Below the pieces are notes generated by a model, which made no database searches, was not told the DNA's origin, and was given only the letters and a program-made list of their open reading frames with translations. This document shows, piece by piece, positions 35,282-48,325 of a DNA stretch of 64,000 bases. The stretch is from Felis catus (lineage: Eukaryota), in assembly GCF_018350175.1 (NCBI RefSeq), contig NC_058369.1:21764001-21828000 (forward strand). The letters are read 5' to 3'. Made by a program: the position numbers and the translations under genes. How positions within the stretch are numbered: position 1 is the first letter of the stretch; every line of letters begins with the position of its first letter.

Positions 35282-37896
35282 CACACAGAAGGATCCCTTA
35301 ATCCCCCCAAATCACACCATCCAGAGATCATCACGGTCAACATTTTGTGTATTTCCTTCCAGTCTTCCCCCCCCCCCCACCCCCTTTTTCTACCCAGGTT
35401 GCAGGGCATCTGGCAGTCTCAGTCAGTAGAACATTTGACCATTGATTTTGGGGTCATGACGTCAGGCCCCATGTTGGGCATAGAAATTACTGAATAAAAA
35501 GAATTTCTTTTTTAATTAAATAAGAGGGTGTCTGGGTGGCTCAGTCAGTTAAGCATCCGACTCTTGATCTCAGCTCAGGTCTTGATCTCAGTATTATGAG
35601 TTCAAGCCCTGCATTAGGATCTGCACTAGGCATGGAGCCTGCTTGGAAAAAATAAAAATAAAAAAATTAAAATTAAAATGAAGAGGCGCTTGGGTGGCTC
35701 AGTCGGTTGAGCATCCAACTTCGGCTCAGGTCATGATCTCATGGTTCATGAGTTTGAGCCCTGCGTCAGGCTCAGTCCTGACAGCTCAGAGCCTGGAGCC
35801 TGCTTCAGATTCTGTGTCTCCCTCTCTCTCTGCCTCTCCCGCACTCATGCTCTGTCTCTCAAAAATAATAAACATTAAAACATTTTTTAAAAATTAAAAT
35901 TAAAATTTAAAAAGGTCTCAAACCCTTTACACGTGTTGCTTTTGCTTTTGTCACTGTACATCCTAAGTCTTTCCGCACAGAGTCTGCATGCTTTTCTCCC
36001 CCAGGATTGTCGCCGGCTCGGAGAAAGTCAGCTGTTGTCCCCCTTGGGTGGATGCTTGCATTGCTCCTGGGTTCACGCTATAACAGGAATACTTGTGCTC
36101 TTGCTCTAGCCAGCACTGTGCTTCTGGGAGAAGGCTTTTTTTTCTGGCTGCTCCTGCAGACCAGACCCTGTGTCTCCTTGGCCAATCCCAGGACTAACCC
36201 GGGGGGTTGACCCTTGGAGTCGCCCCGGAAGGCCTGGGGCTGTAGAGACCTGGCACTGATGGAAGGCGAGCACCAGTGTGGAGCCCAGCCAAGCGCCACA
36301 AGGACCGCACAAGTGCGTTCCTTGTGCACAAAGGAAAGGTGCCTCGTCATTGTAGTGTGAACAGTGCAGCCTGGGCACCTCCCTGGGTGGGGAGCAGGGA
36401 GCTGCCTCAACAGTCTCCGTCAGCTCCTTCCCAGGGGCGCCGTGCCAGGCCCGGCTAGGGCAGTACTGTTGACACTCAGGGCACGTTTAGGGCAGCTGGG
36501 CCCTGCCTTGCGTGGTCTGCAGGACTGAGTGGGGAGAACCTCAGTTTCGTCCTTCTCTCCGCTAGCTCCTGAGTAAGCCAGGCTGGTGGAGGTGGCTAGA
36601 CTGTTCCCGTGGATATTAAAGATGAATGTGTTTGTTTAAGTGTGGAGAGATTAAGTGGATTTTGTCCCGGGTAGGGGGGGTTGTTGAGGAATAGCTGAAG
36701 TGAATGGTTGCTTAGGGCAGGACTAAAGCTCTCCGGAGAAAGGCACGGAGAGGGATTGTTTCCTGTTTTGAGCCACAGCTCCTCCTGGGAAACGTGAAGC
36801 CGTTAGCGGGGCCTCCCTCAGAGGGCGGAGTGGGAGCATTAGTGAGGAGATAAAGTCCCAAGCCCTCCAAACACAAGGCCTTCTACTATCTCTCCCCACA
36901 ATTAGCAACGGCACCCAGGCACCCAGTCTGCTGTCCTGTTCTGGTGACTTAGGTGAGGCCTCCGGAAAGCATCTGCTCCGTGCTCCTGTGCAAAACAGAA
37001 GCACAGCTGCAGCCAGTCACCCAGTCAGGACAGAGAAGAGCTGCTGCCATCACTGGCCTGTGATTCATTCACCATTCATTCCGTGTCTGACTCCATGTCT
37101 ACTCATTCATTCCACGTACCGAGGCCTGTGTGCCGGTGCTGTGCTAGATGCTCGGGGAAGGACGGTGATCCTGTCTCTGTACTTGGCTCTGAGGATGTCA
37201 CAGGTTAGCAGGGGCCATGTGTGCATCTGTCTTGTGATCTGGACAAAGAATTGCCTGCTGAGGCTGCAGATCAAGGAAGGCTCCAAGGAAGAGGTGACCA
37301 TGGACAGCATGTTTTGAAATAATAGTATTCCCTGCCAAAAAAAAAAAAAAAAAAAATCGTACCTGTGCCAAGCTGGTATGGGTGAGGGCAATTGAGACAA
37401 TTGTTAAGAAACAAAGTTCAACTAAGTAAATTTGGAGATCTAATTGGCTTTATTCAAGGAGTCAGGAATCAGACAGCGTCCTATCTAGCAAGTAGAAAGG
37501 AGTTCAGAAGAGCTGTACAAAGTGGAAGGCTTTTGCAGGCAGAAGGGGGCAGGGACAAGGAAGTCCCAAACAAAAGAAAGGATTATTTCAGGAAAGGTAC
37601 TTTCCTTTGCGGGAACCGGAAGGCCAGGGGTCTATCATGAAGGTGACCTCACTAGTGCTGGTCAGGAAATTCCAGGCTGCTTTAAAATTCCACTCCCAGA
37701 AAAGGCTGAATTGAGCAATTAGGTTAGGTACTAAGTTTTGTTTTGCTGACGTGACGCTTAGTACAAATTACTCCATTTGGGGCCATTTTTTTTTTAATAA
37801 CTCCCCCATTTTGATCAGAATCTCAGCCTGAGGGAGATGCGATCCACACTTACGGCATCAGAGCCAGCCACTCTTAGCTACTGCTCTGCCAGTTCT

Positions 37897-37897
37897 T

Positions 37898-37940
<43 letters not shown>

Positions 37941-38147
37941 TTTTCAACGTTTATTTATTTTTGGGACAGAGAGAGACAGAGCATGAACGGGGGAGGGGCA
38001 GAGAGAGAGGGAGACACAGAATCGGAAACAGGCTCCAGGCTCTGAGCCATCAGCCCAGAGCCTGACGCGGGGCTCGAACTCACGGACCGCGAGATCGTGA
38101 CCTGGCCGAAGTCGGACGCTTAACCGACTGTGCCACCCAGGCGCCCC
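37897..38147 (-). mobile_element. Young felid SINEC_Fc-type element with (TAAA)n tail
   Basis: CpG-rich near-consensus body; TSD TGCTCTGCCA(G/A)TTCTT at 37881-37896 and 38148-38163. Confidence 0.92.
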
Positions 38148-38499
38148 TGCTCTGCCAATTCTTACAGCTTTTCCTGACCCTCTGGGAGACATTCGCAGGT
38201 CAGGCAGGGTTTGTTTGTTTTTGCTGAATCTTTGTAGTATTCATAGGCCACAATTCAGGCTCACAATTTTTTAGTCGGTTATTTTGTTTATTCCTTTCTT
38301 GACATTCCAGTTTTAGGGAGGTCATTGCCTTGGTGGTTAGCAGCTGTAAACGTGCATTTAAAGCTTTGGCAAGAATACAATGTGCCAGGGAGATAACTAT
38401 GACTATTATAAATAGATAAGTCCCAACGTCTAGAGTGTACTTAGGAGCCGAGACTCAAAGCAATCGAAGTAACGTAAGTCAACCCCCCTTGAAGGGTCA

Positions 38500-38569
38500 C
38501 TTTTTTTGTTTTTAATGCTTATTTCTTTATTTTGTGAGGGGGGGAGAGAGAGAGAGAGCATGCGTGTGT

Positions 38570-38600
<31 letters not shown>

Positions 38601-39340
38601 CACACGCATGTGGGGGAGGGGGCAGGGAGAGTGGGAGGCAGAGAATCCCAAGCAGGCTCCGTGCTGCCAGAGCCCAATGTGGGGCTGAGATCATGACCTG
38701 AGCTGAAATCAAGGGTAGGATGCTTGACCAACGGAGCCACCCAGGCTCCTTCCAGGAGTCACCTTTTTAAACTGAGTGGCTTGCTAAGTGATCCTATGTA
38801 ATTGAGTTTCAACTTCCCCAAAAGTGTTAATCCACATGCCACAGGTGGTGTCGGCCCCAGCGTGGACACCTCCTTGCTCAACTAAAAGATAATCAAGGGC
38901 TATCATGTAATCAAGAACAACTTTGGCCAGACAGTCTAAGCATTTCTGTTGGCCAGCTATTGTTTTAGCAGCAGATTCTGCAGTATTTTCAAGAATGAAG
39001 GAGAGGTTCCTGGGGCTCCTGGGTGGCTCAGTAGGTTGGGTGCCTGACTTTGGCTCAGGTCATGATCTCATGGGAATAAATAAACAAACAAACAAAAAAG
39101 GAGATGCTCCTGATTACAGCCTCATTTACATTTACTCCCAAGTAGGGAAGCAGGGCCCCTGCCAAAGGAAGTGGAAGCTGAATCATGAATGCCTCCTGGT
39201 AATTCCATTTGACTTTCTGGGTCAGGACTGGAAAGGTAACTGCCATGGAGACGTGTGTAATTTTAAGGGTTGGTAGACAACACAGGCAGTTTTGGTTACC
39301 CTTTCTTGTGTCTTTTTTTTTTTTTTAATATTTATTTATT

Positions 39341-39393
<53 letters not shown>

Positions 39394-39880
39394 GGGGGAG
39401 GGGTAGAGAGAGCCGGAGATCCAGAATTCAAAGCAGACTCCAGGCTCTGAGCTGTCAGCACAGACCCTGACACGGGGCTCAAACCCACCAGCCATGAAAT
39501 CATGATCTGAGCAGAAGTCCGACGCTCAACCTACTGAGCCACCCAGGCGCTCCCCTTGTGTCCTTATTTTGCGTAGAGCTTGGACACAATGCTCCCCAAG
39601 TTTGGGGCTGTTAACCAGACATAGGGAAACAGACCAGGGGGTCTCTAGCATCACGGACAGATCAGAGTTTTTGATGACAAATCCAGCAGTCTGAAAGGTT
39701 ACCTGCCCTTAGCAACAACCTGGAAAGATACAGGTCTGTATAGGACCAGGTGTCTGGTGGGGCCTCCTTCGGCTGTAAGAAGTGTACCCGGGTGAGGGGC
39801 ACCTGGCTGGCTCAATTGGTGGTGTGCAACTCTTGATCTCGAGGTTGTGAGTTCCAGCCCCATGTTGTGTGTAGAGATTA

Positions 39881-39918
<38 letters not shown>

Positions 39919-40850
39919 AAAAAAAAAATGGAAGTGTACCAAGACTCAAGTCCCTGAAGTTTGGCAGCCATCTGGGTGGTGAGGAGGACCTGATGTAATT
40001 CCTTCTAAGGAGATCTAAGGGCAGTCTTTGTTTTTAGTGATTCCAAATTGGAAGGATGGGAGAAAATTGGAAATATTAGGTTGCTGAGTTGGAGCCAGAT
40101 AGAGGAAACTAGAAGAATTCAGGACTCCGTCCAATTACAGGCATGTCCTAACAACTGTAATCATGCTCTTCAGTTCTCGTGTTATTAACTCTTGTTCTCC
40201 TTGGATCCAGGTTGTCTATCCCTTCTGGAAATTCCTACCAGTTCAGTTTTATGATCTTCAAGTTACCAGGAACCTGTACCCTAGAGCATGCTTCATGAGT
40301 CTCCCAGAAGATGGGGCACTTTTACAGGCACAAGCATCAGAGTAAAATACCAGCTCTTTGCAAATGACAAAGACTTAGACATGTCCATTGTTAAAGATCT
40401 GATGAGAATTCATTATCATGGAGTTGAAAAGGAAATTTGGTCATTTCTGTGAAACACAATATTTTTAAATAACTGAAATTATGATGATAACATTAATGCC
40501 AGTACATATCAGACTTTAGGAATTGCATACAATTTTTGGAACACTGACAACATACACCTACACAAATATGACATTTGACCAGTTAGGAAACCTGGGTAGA
40601 AAAAAAGTGTTATATTTAGTGCTGATAACTCTAGAAACTTGCCTGTTTCAGGGGTGCTTGGGTGGCTCACTGGGTTGAGCGTCCGACTTTGGCTCAGGTC
40701 ATGATCTCACTGTTTGTTAAGTCTGAGCTAATAGCTCAGAGCCTGGAGCCTGCTTAGGATTTTGTGTCTTCGTCTCTCTCTACCCCTCCCCTGCTTTTGC
40801 TCTGTCTCTCTCAAAAATAAATACACATTAAATAATAATTTAAAAAAATA
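38500..40850. mobile_element. Can-SINEs inside the provirus (~38500-38750 -, 39012-39100 +, 39313-39555 -, 39796-39930 +, 40651-40850 +)
   Basis: SINE heads and tails, several with TSDs (e.g. GAAGTGTACC). Confidence 0.85.
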
Positions 40851-41508
40851 GACATGCCTGTTTTAATTAAACCAACGAACTTAAACTAGCTTTAATACCA
40901 AATAGTTTCCCAGATCATGTGAACCAGAAATTCATTTGGATTAAGTTTCTCTTATATTTCTCAGAGTTTAATTTATTTCAGCACTTAATTTTCTTTAAGC
41001 CAATTAAACTAGAGCTCGTTTACAAATTAATTTTGTCAATACCACCTGGAGGTGTAAAATCCCACACATTTATGTGGGACACACATGAACGTGCATGGAG
41101 AAGACTACGTGGGATATTTACATCTCAAAGGCACAAGGACTAGGCTTTTGAGATAAATAGGGGAGGTTTGGGATTGGTAAAAAGGATTGGTGGTGGACTC
41201 TGAACTGTTTCTGGGGCCACACCTCTGGTCTTGTAACCCTGACTAGATTGGAAACACAAGAGCCGCTGTTTTTATTTCCTCAACGAATTGTGTTACTGTC
41301 TAAATGGTATCAAAGGACTGACACACCCACCCAACTGTGCTGGGATGTCTTTATTCCCCCCGGGGGTACATTTAGCTTAGGGGAAAAGATCTAACTAAAA
41401 AAGTTCTTATCGGACTCTGAATATCAGCCCCCAACCTGGATAACCTCTGACCACAGAGCTACTTACACATTTCTTCACATATCTTGTCAGTGTTTAGCTG
41501 GGACAAAC

Positions 41509-42012
41509 TGTCACAGGGAGAGACTTAGCATGTCTGACTCCATGTTGCTTCCATTTCCCTTGCTGCTGTGACACAGAGCTTGGAAACTTCTGCTTAGCCC
41601 TGCACATAGGCATGTTAGTCATCAAAGAAATTTTGTTTATAGCTGAGATTTGCAAAAAAGTGTTTTCCCCGAAATCAGCCTCATTCAAGGAGATAAGGAA
41701 GTGAGTACAGAAATGACTATGCAATGTTTAATATCTACAGGAGTGACATGATCGGATTCCTACACACAAAGATCAAATGAACAGGTGCAAAGAAATTACA
41801 GGACTTTCCTTGGATGTCTACAGATGCCAGTCACCTTGGACTCCAGCACCTTCCTTCTCCCTCCTTTTGCTAACTTAAAAAGAAGCTCAAAATTCATGCC
41901 CAGGGGAAATGGTTCTTTGGGACAGTAGTCTGCTATCTCCTGGTTTTGCTGGCTTTCCCTACCCCAACTGGCTTGTTGTTCATTGAGCATAACCAGGTTG
42001 GACTCAGTTACA
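41509..42012 (+). mobile_element. Solo ERV1-type LTR (MER34-like) nested in the provirus
   Basis: TG...CA termini (TGTCAC...GTTACA), ~500 bp, flanks AAAC/AAAT, GACTCCATGTTG near the 5' end. Confidence 0.7.
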
Positions 42013-43079
42013 AAATGTCAAGTATTTCTGGCAGTATTAAACAACCCCATGGACCTGAGAGGCATCCTTAAAGAGGGTGCAGAAGATATCATCTTCATAA
42101 GACCTAGAGTCACCCCCAAAGATCAATAACCAGTGGCTTAGATTGGGAAATGAAGGGACAACATGACCATGGCCCTTAGATTGGCCTTTGACTGAGGAGT
42201 GAAAGATACCTGAGAGACTCACCTGTAGTGGTTGGTGGTATTATTTCAAAAGATAAATAAACGTTTAATAGTCTCTGGAGTGGAAAGGCCATTTGGATGG
42301 AGGATTACTAGACTGAGCACTGAGAGGAGGATAGAGGGAAGCAGTAGGAGTTATGTCACCTTGAACCAGCGGCTCCAAACTGTGGGCTGGGGGCTGTGCA
42401 TGGATGGAGAACTGTGCATGACGTGAACAGTTCCTATGCGGATCTTTGGACAGAACTAAGGGTTGAGGGTCTTCCATCAGAAACCTGGGAGTTTGGTCTG
42501 AAAGGCTAGGGGCTTGGCTCCAGGTGGAACTGTCTGCCAGCTCAAGCTGACCAGCCGTGTATTGGAAAGCCAGTTAGATCAGGTCCTCAATGCAGGGGGC
42601 AGAGCTCAGGACCAAGAAGAACTTACCCATGGCCCTCGGAAATGGCAAGAAAGGATCAAAATGGGGTTCCCATGGGTACCACACCTGTGTTTCTGATCCC
42701 CAAATGCTGGTGGAAGTTCACGCCAGAATCCACTGCTGCCACCAACTCTGCTAAAAAACAAAATTCGATGGAGCGCATTAGAGATCTAATGGATTATGAC
42801 TGGGGCAGCATCTCCTGTTGCATGGAGAAGGAGCAAGGAGGAGCTTACAAAGTAGAAGGCTTTTGTAGGCAGAAGTGGGCAGGGACAAGGAAGTCACAAA
42901 CAAAACAAAGGATTATTTCAGGCCAGGTTACCTTCCTCTGGGGGAAGGGCCAAAGTCTATCATAATTACTTTACTAGTGTTGATTAGGAAATTCTAGACT
43001 GATTGGTTTGAAATTCCACTCCAGGCAAAACCCATCAGTCCTGAAACCAATATTACGCTGTATGCTAACTAACTAGAAT

Positions 43080-43082
<3 letters not shown>

Positions 43083-43111
<29 letters not shown>

Positions 43112-43540
43112 TATAATTTATTGTCAAATTGGCTTCCATACAACACCCAGTGCTCATCCCAACAAGTGCCCTCGTCAATGCCCATCACCCATTTTCCCCT
43201 CTATCCCACCTCCCACCAACCCTCAGTTTGTTCTCAGTATTTAAGAATCTCTTATGGTTTGCTTCCCTCTCTGTAACTATTTTTCTTTTCCCCTGCCCTT
43301 CCCCCATGGCCTTCTGTTAAGTTTCTCAAGATCCACATATGAGTGAAAACATATCTGTCTTCCTCTGACTGACTTACTTAACTTAGCGTAATACCCTCCA
43401 GTTCCATCCACATTGCTGAAAATGACCTGATTTTATTCTTTCTCATTGCCACGTAGTATTCCATTGAATATATAAACCACATCTTCTTTATCCATTCATC
43501 AGTTGATGGACATTCAGTCTCTTTCCACAATTTGGCTATT
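43083..43540 (-). mobile_element. 5'-truncated carnivore L1 3' end with 15-bp TSD
   Basis: L1 3'UTR sequence with a (TTTA)n tail; TSD ACTAACTAGAATTTA at 43068-43082 and 43541-43555. Confidence 0.85.
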
Positions 43541-43712
43541 ACTAACTAGAATTTAAACAAAAATTTGAAACAACAAAAACAACAAAATATAATTCCACTC
43601 CCAGGGAGTGGTTGAATCTGCAAGTAGGTTAGGAATTAATTTGCTGACTTGGGGCTTAGCACAAGTAGCTCCATTTTGTGCCTTTTTTTTTTTTTTTAAA
43701 CAGTAAACCCAT

Positions 43713-43935
43713 GGGGCACCTGGGTGGCTCAGTCGGTTAAGCGGGGCCGACTTCGGCTCAGGTCATGATCTCGCGGTCCGTGAGTTCGAGCCCCGCGTCG
43801 GGCTCTGTGCTGACAGCTCAGAGCCTGGAGCCTGTTTCAGATTCTGTGTCTCCCTCTCTCTGACCCTCCCCCGTTCATGCTCTGTCTCTCTCTGTCTCAA
43901 AAATAAATAAACGTTAAAAAAAATTAAAAAACAAA
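43713..43935 (+). mobile_element. Young Can-SINE at the provirus boundary
   Basis: CpG-rich consensus; TSD AAACAGTAAACCCAT. Confidence 0.92.
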
Positions 43936-45029
43936 ACAAAACAGTAAACCCATTTCAAATTCTAAAACACTGAATTGGAAAGCAGCAATGGCTATGGAGG
44001 GGCAAAGCAGGATGGGTCTACACCTGCCTCCTGCCCTGGGCCTCAGTTACCCTGCTTAGGCAGTGTCTGGACAGGATGCCTCTGGGCCTGCCCTGTCCCC
44101 TTCAGGCCTAGGGCCGAGGAAGACCTATGATAGCCACATGTGTGGAGATGACCGGGAGTAATCACAACAGGTGAGGCAGTCCTTTAACGGATAAATGGCC
44201 CCTGTCAGGGGGAGCAACACCATTGCCATTTCAAAATGCTCTTTGCAATTGTCTAGGAACCTCCATGACTTTCTCCACAAACCACAAACCCAGAGGGAGG
44301 TGGCATGCACAGCTGGGTTCAACTCTGGCCTCTGCTGCCCTCTATCTGGGTGAACTTGGGCTGATTCTCTTTGGCAAATGACTCAATCACCAGTTCCCTC
44401 ATCAGACAAATGAAGTAACGACCTGTGTCTCCCAGGTGGTCCTGAGGGTGAAATTCACTCGATTCCACCAATTGTAACACGCACCCCTACCGTGGGCCGT
44501 GGTGTGGGTGCAGAGGGGCTCCAGCAGTCCGGTTCGCAGGGAGCCATGGTGTCACAGGAGCGGCACACGCATGCGTGGGTGTGGGTGCCTCTGCTCGAGC
44601 GTGCACACCTGGTGTCAAGCACGGTGTCTGGGGCTGAAGGGCCGACGCCCCCACCTGCGAGGGGCAGATGAGGACTAACTAGCGTCTGGTGTGTCACCTC
44701 CTCCCGCCTTTCCCACCGCCTTCCTCTGCCCTCTCCCTGAGACACAGCCTGGGGAGGTGGTGGTTGGTCGAGAGAGCAGCAGCCACGGCACCGGCCCATC
44801 ATTTCAGGACCCCAGGGCCCTCCAGGAGTCCTAATTGATGCCCTCGCTCTCTCCGAGGTCTGAAGAACCAAAAGGGCTCCTCAGTTTCCTTTCTGGAAGA
44901 GGCACAGTGAGTCTGGGCGCGGAGAGCTGAGAGCCAGGCTGCGGTGACGGAGGGGTGGAGGAGGCTGGCTCCCAGGTGTGTGGGGCCCTGGCCAGGCCCT
45001 TTGTGGTTGTGGGAGAGGGGCCATCATTT

Positions 45030-46319
45030 TTTTTTTTTTTAATTTTTAAAAAATGTTGATCGTTTGATTTTTTAAATATTTATTTATTTTTGGGAGAACA
45101 CAAGCAGGGGAGGGGCAGAGAGAGGGAGACAGAAAATCTGAAGTGGGCTCCATGCTGACAGGCTGACAGCAGTGAGTCCAATGTGGGACTCGAACCCATG
45201 AACCGTGAGATCCTGACCTGAACTGAATTCGGATACTCAACCGACTGAGCCATCCAGGTGCCCCAATGCTCATATAATTTTGAGAGAGAGAGAGAGAGAG
45301 CAAGTGAGACTGCATGAGTGCTGGAGGGGCAGAGAGAGGAGGAGACACAGAATCTGAGGCAGGCTTCAGGCTCTGAGCTGTCAGCACAGAACCTGATGTG
45401 GGGCTCAAACTCATGAACTGCAAGATCATGACCTGAGCCAAAGTTGGAGGCTTAACCCATTGAGCTACCGAGGTGCCCAGAGAGCAGCCATCTTTTGAGT
45501 GGGCTGGGGACAAGTGTCAGAGTGAAGCAGGGCTTCTCTACAAATTTGGGGAATGTGTGTCGTTGTGCTCAAACATTTACATACTTAATATGGAGCATTT
45601 CATTATAATACTTAAAAATTTCTCCTTTAAATAAAAAAAAAATTTTAAATGTTTATTTTTGAGAGTGAGAGCGTGCATGTGCGTGAGCAGGGTAGGGGAA
45701 GACAGAGAGGGAGAGGGAGAGAAAAATCTGCCCAGTCAACACAGAGCCTGAGGTATGGCTTGAACCTGCAAACCATGAGATCATGATCTGAGCCAAGATC
45801 AAGAGCTGGACACTTAACCGACTGAGCCACCCAGGCACCCCTAAAATTTCTCCTTTTTTTTTTTTTAATTTTCTTTTTTTTTTGAACGTTTATTTATTTT
45901 TGGGACAGAGAGAGACAGAGCATGAACGGGGGAGGGGCAGAGAGAGAGGGAGACACAGAATCGGAAACAGGCCCCAGGCTCTGAGCCATCAGCCCAGAGA
46001 CCGACGCGGGGCTCGAACTCACGGACCGCGAGATCGTGACCTGATCTGAAGTCGGACGCTCAACCGACTGCGCCACCCAGGCACCCCTAAAACTTCTCCT
46101 TTATATCACAATTAGGATATTATTTTATTAAAAAAATATTTATTTATTTTTGAGAGAGAGAGCGCATAAGCAGGGGAAGGGCGGAGAGAGGGACAGGCAA
46201 TCCAAAGCAGGCTCTGCACTGACAGCAGAGTCCAACGTGGGGCTCGAACTCATGAAAGTGTGAGATCAGGACCTGAGCCAAAGTCAGATGCTCAACTGAC
46301 GGAACCACCCAGGTGCCCC
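45030..46319 (-). mobile_element. Five co-oriented Can-SINEs
   Basis: Successive reverse-strand copies ending near 45265, 45479, 45841, 46087 and 46319. Confidence 0.88.
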
Positions 46320-47458
46320 AGGATATTATTTTAAAATTGTGTGTGCAGGCATAGGTTTATTCTATGTGAATTCCAGGTCAGGATGGTAAAGGAGGAATCA
46401 CAAAATATTTGTTTAAAAAGGGGGCGAGGTGCCTGCTGGGGTGGAGCCCCTGGACGTTCATGTTCAATGGGGGCGACAGCCCACACACCATTACTAGACT
46501 CCCCTTCCTCACCCAGAGAGCCTGGTGGAGGGTGGGGTCTGACCTCAGTCGGGAAAGCTTCTCAGTGCCAGTGGGACAAAGAGGGTGTCCAGCTCTGTTC
46601 AGGCAGAGACCCCTGCCCGTGAGAGGTCTGGCAAGGACAATCTCTGGGAGCGGGGACATGTCAGGGAAACAACAAAGTGGGGCTTGGGTAGCAATGTGTG
46701 CAGGGGTTCAGGTTTGCACCTGTTTCAGAAACCAGGGCACCGCTGCCAAATCTTCGAGAGACTTCACAGAAAATGGGGGGGGGCGGTTTGGCTGAGGGAG
46801 CCACCCAGGCCTTGCCAGGGCTCAGGCAGCACCAGACTCGTTTTTCTGGAGTGACAGGGACCTGGTAAGAAAACAGTTCCTGTGGACTGTGGCTGTCTTC
46901 TGGGCTCCACATTCTGGGGCCCTTTTCAGACTGATGGACTGACATCAGTCCAAGCACAACCAGTGCCTCTGGCCAAAACACCCCCCCCAAAAACCAAACA
47001 CACAAACACGTCATTAGAGACAACTAAGAAACCTAAAACCCATCTGCTACAGCTCTTATTCAGGACCCACTGACCTTAGTTTTTCAAGAAATTCCAATGA
47101 GCCTAGTTACCTGGTTTCCTAGGCGCCGACAGATACAAACCAGCAGGTGAGCAGACCACTCTAGCTTTTAACAAACACTGGTAGAGGTGGTAACGAGACC
47201 CAAGAAACTACAAAAAGCAATCCAGGATGATTGATCATGGAGACAGCAGAGTCAAGAAAGGAATTCTAGACCAGCTCTCCGGCCTGCTTGGCTTCAGGTC
47301 TGTGACCCCATTCTGGCTTAATAAGCGACCTTTGGCACATAACCCCAGCCGCTCTCAGGTTCGACTTCCTCTCCCTAAAATGGTTCACCATGAATATCCA
47401 AGAAAATAAAGAACAGCAATCCGTAAGTATTGAAGGAGCATGCGGCTGTACATGACTG

Positions 47459-47459
<1 letters not shown>

Positions 47460-47496
<37 letters not shown>
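47460..47496. repeat. (GT)n microsatellite
   Basis: Uninterrupted GT run. Confidence 0.95.
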
Positions 47497-47499
<3 letters not shown>

Positions 47500-47872
47500 C
47501 AGCCATAAAGCACAGGCTAGCTTATTCTCTGCCTTAAGAAAGTAGGCATGGATAACAAACATTTTATGGAGAATTTTGCTTGGAAACTAAATTGTTGACA
47601 ATTTAGTTAAACTAAATTTCTTTTGGATTTTACTAAAATGTTAACAGTTGTTAGGGAGATGGGTAATTAACCAGTTTTTTCCTCTTTAAACTTTTCTCTA
47701 TTTCCTATAATGATTATATTCTAGTTTCCTCCCTCCTTCTTCCCTTACCATCCTGGATGCTGGGCACATTATAGCTTGATACTCATGAATGGAGTGAATG
47801 TGGGAACTGACCCCAGATTGTAGAGTCTCCCATAGAACAGTGTTTTTGTCTGTGATTAGAAGCGTAACCTAG

Positions 47873-48325
47873 ACGCACCTGGGTGGCTCAATTGAGTGGT
47901 CGACTCCTGATTTCAGCTCAGGTCCTGATCCTAGGGTCATGGGATAGAGCCCTGAGTTGGGCTCCATGCAGAGCGTGTAGCCTGCTTAAGATCCTCTCTC
48001 AGTGTGCCTGGGTGGCTCAGTAGGTTAAATGTTTTAACTCTTGATTTAGGCTCACATCATAATCCCACGGTTCATGAGATCGAGCCCCGTGTTGGGTTCT
48101 GTACTGATGGCATGGAGCTTCCTTGGGATTCTCTCTCCCCCTCTCTCCCTCTGCCCCTCTCCCTGGATTGTGCTTGTTCTTTCTTAAAAAAAAAAAAAAA
48201 AAAAAAAAAAGCGTACCCTCTATCATGATGAGCACTAGTTGTTGTCATTGAATTCTACTCCTGAAACCAATATTGCACAGTATGTTAACTAACTAGAGTT
48301 TAAATAAAATTTTGAAAAAAGAAAA
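47873..48325 (+). mobile_element. Two Can-SINEs plus a short carnivore L1 3' end
   Basis: SINE heads near 47873 and 48003; TCCTGAAACCAATATT...AACTAACTAGA L1 tail, also seen at 43039. Confidence 0.8.

Larger units (their letters stand above)
29492..35910. mobile_element. Dense Can-SINE cluster (~13 copies, both strands, including short tRNA-like forms)
   Basis: Copies near 29492, 30586, 30863, 32732, 33283, 33610, 33845, 34225, 34766, 34872, 35403, 35525 and 35684. Confidence 0.85.
37402..43702 (-). mobile_element. Decayed LTR retrovirus-like provirus (ERV1/MER4-group-like, no intact ORFs)
   Basis: Two homologous LTRs (37402-37800; 42749-43702, interrupted) share GAAGGCTTTTG.AGGCAGAAG.GGGCAGGGACAAGGAAGTC.CAAACAAAA.AAAGGATTATTTCAGG; PBS at 42726-42744; PPT at 37801-37812. 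Confidence 0.85.

Noticed and set aside
37801..42748. Intact or domesticated retroviral gene (gag/pol/env) in the provirus
   Set aside because: ORF track shows only short ORFs with no RT, integrase or env motifs; the region is broken by SINEs and an LTR.
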